Shown here in pieces: positions 1 to 7,299 of a stretch of DNA of 34,269 nt. How positions within the stretch are numbered: the stretch's first letter is position 1; each line of letters begins with the position of its first letter. Under the pieces are notes generated by a model. The model was given only the letters and a program-made list of their open reading frames with translations, was not told the origin of the DNA and did not search any database. Source of the stretch: a virus (taxonomy: Duplodnaviria; Caudoviricetes); the IMG/VR virus record IMGVR_UViG_3300010148_000050, positions 1 through 34,269 of that record. One strand, 5' to 3'. Made by a program: the position numbers and the translations under genes.

Positions 1-1809
1 ATTATAACCTGAAACATCTCCAATAAAGTTTGAAAATTGTGTATTAGTTAATTGAGCATCATCTCCTTTTAAAGGTTGTGTAATAAATTTATAAGAAATA
101 TTAGGACCGGTACCTCCTATAATTACTCCATTAGATTGCCACATATATTGATCATCGCTATACCAATCTGCATTTGTTTCTGGATTTTCATCATTATAAG
201 GATTAATACAGTCATGTGTTTCGGGTATTTTATCAATAGTTGTAAACTGAGTTCCAGGTTGTTCTGTATATAAATTATTACCATCTATAAAAACAGTAAC
301 ATCTGACTCTGAATCTAATCTACATTGGTTAAGTTTATGATCGAATCTATAGACCCTTGAATCAAAATCAACAAAAAAAGATGTATTAGTTATATTCCCC
401 ATAAAGAGTTTATTATCTCTTGAGGCTATAGTCTTTACTCTTTCAAAAGTTGCACCAATACCTTCTTGGAATTCTGTAGGAGATAATTGTATCTTTTGTT
501 CACTACCTGTTAACTCCACAGATATATCTTCTAATATATTAGGAGCTACTTTAAACATATAATACTGATGTAATAACGGATCATATCCACTAGTTTTCAT
601 ATAGACAGCTCCAAATTCTATTAAATCATATGTAGTATCTAGATCTTTAAGTTGCCACTCAATTCGTTTACTTGTGAGTGTTCCCATTAGATCTGCTGTA
701 TCTAAATCTATTTCTCCTCCCTCTATATTACAAAATGGATCAGTTTCTTCATCTCCATATAAAGATACTTTATTACTTAAAGGAGACCAGTTAGAAGTTA
801 ATCCTTCAAAACTTTTATATCTATAAGCTATTTGGTAAGTTCCTGCTGGAAGTGTTCCTCCTATAGTTATCTCATGTAGTGTAGGTATTTGAAATTCAGT
901 AACTGGAGCTAAATCTAAAAATCTAGCATCTATTGCTATTGAATCTTCTGCAGCAACATTTAGTTTTCTAGGGGGATTAAAGTTATCGGTCCAATAAACT
1001 CCTTGTTCATCTTTATTTTCATACCTTCCTATAGCCTGTATAGGATGTTGTTTTGTAAAATTAACAAGATTATTATTATATACACATTTCCAATTTACTT
1101 CATATGTAGAAGGATCATACCTTAATCTCCATATTTGCCCAGAGCCTCCTATTGCTTCTGGGGTACCGCCATCGTGGCTAGTAGTAAATAAATAAATATC
1201 ATCTCGAATTGTAGTGTATCCTATAATCTCTAAATCACAGTCTTTACCTCCAATATTAATTGTATTTGTATAGTTATTAGAAACTATAACATTTGTAATC
1301 TGTATATCGTTTTCATCTTCTGACCAAAAAGTTAAACGAAATCTACTATTATCATAAGCAAAGTTTATATTATCTGGTAATGATCCATTACCTATTAAAA
1401 CACCATTTGTTGTAAAACCTGGAAAATCACTTATTAATGCTTGATATATAACAGAAACTATATTACCACCCGTTGCGGTAAAACTTCTACTATAAGTTGC
1501 ACCATCTGTATAAATATTACAAATAACATTCCATAAAGTACCTTCCCAATAAGCCCCTAATACTACTTGATCTTTCATTTCAAGTGCTAATACTTTAGGA
1601 GCGCATGGTATTTCTGCTAAAAACTCATTACCTTCTACATTAACAACAGCTGCACCCTCTTTAGAATGGTGAGGAGCAATACGAATATTACTACCATCGT
1701 AATATGTATCTGGAGGAAGTACATACTTAGCCACATCTTTATTCATACCTTTTAAGAAGGTATTAATAGATGTAGATGGTGGTCCTTGTTGTTGTTTTTT
1801 TTCTGCCAT
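1..1809 (-). CDS. Tail stabilisation / muzzle protein (P22 gp10-like, crAss-like), 5' part only; runs off the left edge; absent from the ORF track
   Basis: ATG at 1809-1807 shares one base with the upstream TAA. My translation begins MAEKKQQQGPPSTSINTFLKGMNKDVAKYVLPPDTYYDGSNIRI, matching the NTFxxGMNxD...PxxxY...NIR N-terminus typical of crAss-like stabilisation proteins. The frame is open where I checked it (start and positions 1-60). It lies directly after the tail tubular gene. Confidence 0.85.
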   Translation of the reverse strand, partial: MAEKKQQQGPPSTSINTFLKGMNKDVAKYVLPPDTYYDGSNIRIAPHHSKEGAAVVNVEGNEFLAEIPCAPKVLALEMKDQVVLGAYWEGTLWNVICNIYTDGATYSRSFTATGGNIVSVIYQALISDFPGFTTNGVLIGNGSLPDNINFAYDNSRFRLTFWSEDENDIQITNVIVSNNYTNTINIGGKDCDLEIIGYTTIRDDIYLFTTSHDGGTPEAIGGSGQIWRLRYDPSTYEVNWKCVYNNNLVNFTKQHPIQAIGRYENKDEQGVYWTDNFNPPRKLNVAAEDSIAIDARFLDLAPVTEFQIPTLHEITIGGTLPAGTYQIAYRYKSFEGLTSNWSPLSNKVSLYGDEETDPFCNIEGGEIDLDTADLMGTLTSKRIEWQLKDLDTTYDLIEFGAVYMKTSGYDPLLHQYYMFKVAPNILEDISVELTGSEQKIQLSPTEFQEGIGATFERVKTIASRDNKLFMGNITNTSFFVDFDSRVYRFDHKLNQCRLDSESDVTVFIDGNNLYTEQPGTQFTTIDKIPETHDCINPYNDENPETNADWYSDDQYMWQSNGVIIGGTGPNISYKFITQPLKGDDAQLTNTQFSNFIGDVSGYN

Positions 1810-2561
1810 TACTTAAGTTTCCTTCGACCAGGACTAGCTAGATCAGTAAAGAATGTCCTTGATGAATTCATATTAGGTTTTAATTTAACCCATTGATTCT
1901 TAATATTTTCCATTTGATCTAGATTAGGCATACTTGCCGATCCTCGCGCTTGTTTTACATACCATTCCCAATCTCGTTGGCTATCTCTAAATACAGCCTC
2001 TTGCAATGATCCTCTTCTCCACCATATTCTATCAACCATAGTTTGTATATAAGCTTTTACAGCTTTCTTATAACTAACATTATCAGGTATCATAGGAAAA
2101 CCTTCTTTGTCTACGTTTATACCTCTAAAAGATACTAACAAACATCCTTTATCAAAAGACGTAACAATAAAATTATCATTAATATAATAACAATTACCAT
2201 TTTTATTTTCAGAATCTGTTAAAGGAAAGTTAGTAGCATCTACTTCCTTACCATCAATCACATTCTTTGTAGCGTTTCCAGAGTTTGTAGATATAGCCCC
2301 GAATGTTCCAGAGCATAGAGGTAGTGGTATTCCGTTATATGAAATTTGTTCTAAAGAATGGAAGTTGCAAGGTAATTTTACTTTATGTCCTGAGACACAT
2401 AACTCTCCTATTAACTCTACATAAGATACCCCAGCTCCTATAAGTTCTAAAGCTTCACCTGCCCATTCAATTACATCCCAAATGTCAAGCTCTTCTTGGA
2501 TACCTGAGTCTCTATATACTCCTTCTATTATTTCATATACTGATACATATTTATAAATCAT
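1809..2561 (-). CDS. Tail tubular / ring protein (P22 gp4-like, crAss-like)
   Basis: 250 aa; DVIEWAGEAL, YYINDNFIVTSF and VDKEGFPMIPD motifs typical of crAss ring proteins; sits between the IHF-like and stabilisation genes. Confidence 0.75.
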   Translation of the reverse strand: MIYKYVSVYEIIEGVYRDSGIQEELDIWDVIEWAGEALELIGAGVSYVELIGELCVSGHKVKLPCNFHSLEQISYNGIPLPLCSGTFGAISTNSGNATKNVIDGKEVDATNFPLTDSENKNGNCYYINDNFIVTSFDKGCLLVSFRGINVDKEGFPMIPDNVSYKKAVKAYIQTMVDRIWWRRGSLQEAVFRDSQRDWEWYVKQARGSASMPNLDQMENIKNQWVKLKPNMNSSRTFFTDLASPGRRKLK

Positions 2562-3031
2562 TCAAAATAGTCTACTTTTTTCTTTTTTAATAATCCGGCT
2601 AATCGTCTTTTATTAGTACGAGTAGCTTGAAAGCTATATACACTTTTATTCTTTATTACCGCGTTTATCTTTGACCAAAACCATCTATAATTAAAACCGT
2701 CTGTATGATCATTTAAGTGATAAATAACTTTCTTATGTTTATTGGTTTCTAGCCAATTAATCTTTAATTTATTTTTCTTAGAATAATTCATCTTCTTCTT
2801 TTTTATTCTAAGAGTACCTAATCTATAAGGCATTTTAAACTCTTTTGCTTTCATAAGAATATCTTCTATAATCTTCTTATTAAAGTCTTCACAGATTGCT
2901 CTGTATTTTTTATAACCTACATCATAAAAGTCATCATAACTTTTATAAGCACTTTTTAAAGTGCAACTATTTACCTGCAGGGACTTGCATGTTTTGCTCT
3001 CCATCTCCTTTAGCGTTATTAGTTTCATCAT
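2558..3031 (-). CDS. crAss-like IHF/HU-related basic DNA-binding protein
   Basis: Very Lys-rich; FKMPYRLGTLRIKKKK, INWLETNK and YRWFWSK resemble the divergent IHF-like gene of the crAss capsid/tail block. The true start may be the ATG at 3004. Confidence 0.7.
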   Translation of the reverse strand: MMKLITLKEMESKTCKSLQVNSCTLKSAYKSYDDFYDVGYKKYRAICEDFNKKIIEDILMKAKEFKMPYRLGTLRIKKKKMNYSKKNKLKINWLETNKHKKVIYHLNDHTDGFNYRWFWSKINAVIKNKSVYSFQATRTNKRRLAGLLKKKKVDYFE

Positions 3032-3719
3032 TTGGTAAAGTTAATGTTATCTGCATTCTTTTTTGTAAAACAATACTTGTAACATTTTCTGCCAGCGTCA
3101 TGGAAATCGGAAAAGGTTCATCCCAAGAATACTGGCAATCAAAATATTCGGTATCATAAGGTCCAGTTTCTGGATCCTGTTCTCCCATTTCATCTAAGCA
3201 TCTATTATGCATCCATACTTCTTCAGCGTCTTCATAGACTCCAGTGACCTTAACGGCATCAATTAATAAGTCACATATAACATATAGATAACTATCTTTA
3301 ATATACCATCTGTTCTTAGAACCAGTATACTTATTATACTTGTTCCACTTTTTCCTAAACGCAGTAGTCTCAGAAAAAGCTCTCTGTCCGTCCAAAGATT
3401 CTACAGCTAATATACTATCCCGTTCATTTCGTTGTACAGTTCTTGGAATAGGTTTAACAGATTTTAGTACATGAATTCCTAAATCCACCTCACAAGCTTC
3501 AGCAGCATCAACCGGTTCTAAAAATACCCTTTCTAACGTCTCTATACACGATGCTGCAACACGCATCTTTCTACCCATAATCTGCGACAATAGCATAGAT
3601 CTCTCTTGCATTACCCAGTATGCAATCTGTCTATCACTTATTTTTGCATCATCAGACGTTATACCACCATAAGCGATATTCTTAATATCATAAACCAATT
3701 TATTTAACGTTAATGCCAT
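2967..3719 (-). CDS. Putative tail ring / structural protein
   Basis: 250 aa; TLNKLVYDI...SDDAKISDRQIAYWV N-terminus and WYIKDSYLYV / VKVTGVYED motifs resemble crAss-like ring proteins; synteny. Confidence 0.6.
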   Translation of the reverse strand: MALTLNKLVYDIKNIAYGGITSDDAKISDRQIAYWVMQERSMLLSQIMGRKMRVAASCIETLERVFLEPVDAAEACEVDLGIHVLKSVKPIPRTVQRNERDSILAVESLDGQRAFSETTAFRKKWNKYNKYTGSKNRWYIKDSYLYVICDLLIDAVKVTGVYEDAEEVWMHNRCLDEMGEQDPETGPYDTEYFDCQYSWDEPFPISMTLAENVTSIVLQKRMQITLTLPNDETNNAKGDGEQNMQVPAGK

Positions 3720-3722
3720 TAT

Positions 3723-4856
3723 TTATATATTAACTTGTAAGTAACCTTCACAACCCTTTTCCTTATTCCATATATACGCTTGCGCGCATCGCAAAGATTG
3801 ATAACCCATTAATTTGTGCCATGAATCATTTGCACATATAGAAGGAATAAATCTTACTTTAATTCCTCTATATTCATTTACCATTTCTTTATGCAAATGT
3901 CCACAATGAACTTCTCTAAATTTAGTCCTTGAGAACATCAATGGTTGCTCAGTTGCCATTATAAGTGGCATCTCAGCAGCTTTCTCTTTATCTCCATGCG
4001 TAAACATTAACATATTTACACCATACTCATAGTACTTTCTACTATCTAAACCATTATCAACTAACACGTTTTGGTCGTTTTTAAACCAAGCTGATAAAAC
4101 TTCTCCCGCATAAAACATACGCTCAAAGTCATGATTCCCCTGTACTATAACAATATCTACCGGAGCATATTCAGCTAAATAATTAGCTGCGTCAATTATT
4201 AATTTGGTATATCCAATGAAAGATTTTTGCCAATCTATTGAATCACTTTGTGGTGTTCCTTTAGTTGTAGTCTTTCTCATACCTTCAGAGTTCATACCAT
4301 CGTTTCCTATTGGTAATAAAAACCTCTGTATATTTAATCCTGATGCTCTTGCATGTAACTCTTTAACAGAATCCATAAAATGCATTTCACCTGTTTTTAC
4401 ATTCTCATCAGTTTCTTTACCATAATGTATATCAGGTAAAGATATTTCGTATACTATTGGATTGTCATCCGTTTTTGTATACTGACGATCTTTTTTAGCC
4501 GGAGCTATTGTTTTCAATTTTTCAAAGAACTCATCTTTAAATTTCTGAGAAGCTTTACCACCATCTCTAGTTACTATAGAGTATCTAGTTTCACCTCCCA
4601 TTGTTTGCCAGATCTTAACTGACTTGACCTCATCTTCACTTAATCCTTGCGCATGTATGGCCTCTTTAAGTTCATTAGAACTAACATTCTCACTTACTTC
4701 ATCTTCCCGTCTCCACATAAAACCACCTGCTGTAGCTCTATCTCCTCGAAGTGTTTTATGTATACTTCCATTATCTATATCAGTTTTACTTGAAGCTTCA
4801 GAAACATCTTGGTACCGACCAACCAGTTGTCCCTGCATTGTATATTGTAATATCAC
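3723..4856 (-). CDS. Calcineurin-like metallophosphoesterase with N-terminal NUMOD1-type DNA-binding domain
   Basis: All five metallophosphoesterase motifs are present in order: PDIHYG, GND, GNHD, HGD, GHLH. The first ~50 aa (ILQYTMQGQLVGRY..VSEAS...SIHKTLRG..TAGGFMWR) look like NUMOD1. GTG start overlaps the upstream TAG. Confidence 0.85.
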   Translation of the reverse strand: MILQYTMQGQLVGRYQDVSEASSKTDIDNGSIHKTLRGDRATAGGFMWRREDEVSENVSSNELKEAIHAQGLSEDEVKSVKIWQTMGGETRYSIVTRDGGKASQKFKDEFFEKLKTIAPAKKDRQYTKTDDNPIVYEISLPDIHYGKETDENVKTGEMHFMDSVKELHARASGLNIQRFLLPIGNDGMNSEGMRKTTTKGTPQSDSIDWQKSFIGYTKLIIDAANYLAEYAPVDIVIVQGNHDFERMFYAGEVLSAWFKNDQNVLVDNGLDSRKYYEYGVNMLMFTHGDKEKAAEMPLIMATEQPLMFSRTKFREVHCGHLHKEMVNEYRGIKVRFIPSICANDSWHKLMGYQSLRCAQAYIWNKEKGCEGYLQVNI

Positions 4857-5458
4857 TATTTATTAAATTTAAGTTTATACATTATTCCTACGCTATGGGT
4901 TTTATCTAATATACCATATCTATAAGAATATGAAAATCCATTCCTACTAGTAAATCCAATCTTAGGAGAGAAGTTAAACATCTCTTTATTTCCCCCAACC
5001 TCTGCTCCTACATCAAGTGTAAAAGGAGGTTTTAATGTCTGTACTGTATTAGCTATAGTACTAACTATAACAGTATCTATCTTCAAAATGTATTGAGGAA
5101 ACTTAGGAACATAACTTAAACTCTGTTCTAATAATGCACCATTTACTCTTGTGTAAATAGTACCATCTATTAAACTATCAGAGTATGGATTGTTATATTC
5201 ATTAATATTAAGTTCATCCCATACATCATCTGGTACTTCTATTTTAACAGGTTTTAGTATTTCTACTTCTACAATTCTTTCTACAGTTTCTACAAACTTA
5301 ACAGTATCTATTCTTGTTTTATAAATAGTATCTGTCTGTATTGTAGTCACTTCTGATTCTATTGTAGATCCATTATTAATATTACTTCCACATTCCTGTA
5401 AGAATAATATATATAATAATAAACCCGCTATTACTATCCACTTAGGATCTAATTTCAT
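4856..5458 (-). CDS. Membrane-anchored protein, candidate spanin
   Basis: N-terminal hydrophobic helix (WIVIAGLLLYILFLQEC), DTI/DTV-rich extended region, C-terminal amphipathic beta-strands ending YKLKFNK. Confidence 0.5.
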   Translation of the reverse strand: MKLDPKWIVIAGLLLYILFLQECGSNINNGSTIESEVTTIQTDTIYKTRIDTVKFVETVERIVEVEILKPVKIEVPDDVWDELNINEYNNPYSDSLIDGTIYTRVNGALLEQSLSYVPKFPQYILKIDTVIVSTIANTVQTLKPPFTLDVGAEVGGNKEMFNFSPKIGFTSRNGFSYSYRYGILDKTHSVGIMYKLKFNK

Positions 5459-5470
5459 ACTTAAATGTAT

Positions 5471-5689
5471 TTAATTCCAAAACATTAATTTGGCTACTAT
5501 ACCAACTATTGCCACCCAGATTGACCATAAAACTTTATTAGCATTATGTCTAAAAGAAGTATTTCTATTTACACGAGATACGATACCAAAATCAGGATCG
5601 AGCAATCTTTTTTTAAGATCGCTCACATCCTGTTTGATTTCTAGAATATCTTCATGTAACTCTGAATTTGAAATACGTCTATTTGCCAT
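5471..5689 (-). CDS. Small coiled-coil protein with C-terminal TM helix (holin-like)
   Basis: 72 aa; heptad segment LHEDILEIKQDVSDLKKRL, then VLWSIWVAIVGIVAKLMFW. Confidence 0.5.
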   Translation of the reverse strand: MANRRISNSELHEDILEIKQDVSDLKKRLLDPDFGIVSRVNRNTSFRHNANKVLWSIWVAIVGIVAKLMFWN

Positions 5690-5699
5690 TAGCTATAGT

Positions 5700-6095
5700 T
5701 TATTCAACTACCAACTTTCCAAGTAAAGGTTTCATCATATTTGCATCTAAACCATAATCTTTTAAGTCATCTAGTGGAATAGAAATAATTTCTACTTCTA
5801 CTTCCTCTGCCATAACTTTTTCCCATCTTTCATTAGCTTTTTCTAAGTTATCCCCAAAGTCAATTTGATTTTGTGGATTTCTTAACACTTCTCCTTTGTC
5901 ATCTTTAGGAGCTAACTCATCGGTTAATTCCTTATGTCTTGTATTCACACTATTTACAATAGGTGAAATAAGATCTAGATTTTTAGACAGTGTATGCCAT
6001 ACTTTAGTTTCTTTGCTATTTATATATGCGATACCTTGACTTATTGCTAGTAAGTCTTTATTAGTCATCTTTTGTTTTTTGCTATTCTTAGCCAT
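5700..6095 (-). CDS. Hypothetical phage protein, resembles DUF1617-like proteins often found next to tail-fibre genes
   Basis: 131 aa; pattern LSKNL...L..ELAPKDDKGE...EEVEVEI. Family resemblance by eye only. Confidence 0.45.
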   Translation of the reverse strand: MAKNSKKQKMTNKDLLAISQGIAYINSKETKVWHTLSKNLDLISPIVNSVNTRHKELTDELAPKDDKGEVLRNPQNQIDFGDNLEKANERWEKVMAEEVEVEIISIPLDDLKDYGLDANMMKPLLGKLVVE

Positions 6096-6128
6096 ATTAA
6101 AAATTTTAAAATTATTAAATTAATTAAA

Positions 6129-6434
6129 TTACGCACTAGGTCGTAATACTATATACAAGTCATCCACGACTTGTGTTTCAGGTAAAGTTCCTGCAGTTGC
6201 GACTGTCATATAATGCATAGTTGCTGCTGCATCAGGAATTTGAATTACTAAATCCCCTACTTCTAAAGCCCCAAAATCTGTTGTTGTGGATGCGTTTGCA
6301 CACTTAATATAAAAGAAGTTAAGATCTTTTACAATTCGATCTACATCTTTTACAGTAGCGTATCTTGTTTTTAACTCAGCACCTAATGATTTCTTTCTAG
6401 CGATCACTGGTACTGCACCATCTGCTTTTGCCAT
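6129..6434 (-). CDS. Hypothetical small (probably virion) protein
   Basis: 101 aa ORF, co-oriented with neighbours, AT-rich leader carrying the TGTTTAA motif. Confidence 0.6.
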   Translation of the reverse strand: MAKADGAVPVIARKKSLGAELKTRYATVKDVDRIVKDLNFFYIKCANASTTTDFGALEVGDLVIQIPDAAATMHYMTVATAGTLPETQVVDDLYIVLRPSA

Positions 6435-6462
6435 TATTATTAAATTTTATTATTAAACACTA

Positions 6463-6831
6463 TTAACCTTTTGTCCATAAACCATACTCTACTTTTATAT
6501 TAGTAGTGTTAGCTTTTAGTTTTAGTCCTTTACTTGCATCTATCGGGTACATCATAAATTCTCCCGGTCCTAAACTTCCAAATAGAACTGGAGATCCTGC
6601 TCCTGTAGCCACATCTAACATACTAGAAGTATGTAAGTTCTTTATATATGCATATGTAATGGTACTTATACTAGTAGCTACTAACTCTGTGTAAGCTAAT
6701 GTTGTAACTTCTACTCTAGCAGAATCCACAATAGGATTAGCTACAGTTAAATTATCTGTTAAACTAATACTTAAAGCATCAGTTGAAGTAGTAGTACTTG
6801 TTATTGTTAAGGCTGTTGATAAAGTTGCCAT
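6463..6831 (-). CDS. Small beta-rich putative virion protein, paralogue of 6862..7230
   Basis: 122 aa; shares MATLS..L..TSTTTSTDALSIS.TD.L.V..P and EYG.W with the neighbour. Confidence 0.7.
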   Translation of the reverse strand: MATLSTALTITSTTTSTDALSISLTDNLTVANPIVDSARVEVTTLAYTELVATSISTITYAYIKNLHTSSMLDVATGAGSPVLFGSLGPGEFMMYPIDASKGLKLKANTTNIKVEYGLWTKG

Positions 6832-6861
6832 TATTATTATTCTATTATATTAAACATTCTA

Positions 6862-7230
6862 TTAACTCTTAGCCCACTGACCATATTCTATAACACACGC
6901 ATTTCCAATAGCTTGAGCTGCCACTGCTTTACCATCTTTCAAAGGTAAAAAACAACATTCTCCAATTCCCATTTTCATAATTCCAGCTCCTCCAAGATCA
7001 ACTTCGACTACATCAGTAGCAGTAACACCACTTATTACTTTTATATATAAGTAAGTTATTTTTGATGCAACAGCTGCTAATACAGCGGTTGATCCTCCCG
7101 TTGCTATTGATTTACGAGCTACGTTTATAGATGGCTCAGTTACACTAAGACTGTCTGTTGTTGATATACTCAACGCATCAGTACTTGTTGTAGTACTTGT
7201 CAAAACTAATTGTTGTGATAAAGTCGCCAT
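6862..7230 (-). CDS. Small beta-rich putative virion protein, paralogue of 6463..6831
   Basis: 122 aa; same length and motifs as the neighbour; preceded by a promoter-like element. Confidence 0.7.
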   Translation of the reverse strand: MATLSQQLVLTSTTTSTDALSISTTDSLSVTEPSINVARKSIATGGSTAVLAAVASKITYLYIKVISGVTATDVVEVDLGGAGIMKMGIGECCFLPLKDGKAVAAQAIGNACVIEYGQWAKS

Positions 7231-7265
7231 TATTATTTTATTTTTAAATTATTATTTCAATTTTC

Positions 7266-7297
7266 CAAATATATTATATATATTTTGTTTTTCCAAA
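7266..7297 (-). promoter_or_regulatory. Bacteroidota housekeeping-sigma promoter (-33 TTTG, -7 TAnnTTTG)
   Basis: Minus strand: TTTG (7297-7294), 20-nt spacer, TATATTTG (7273-7266), in the gap upstream of the 122-aa gene. Confidence 0.7.
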
Positions 7298-7299
7298 TG

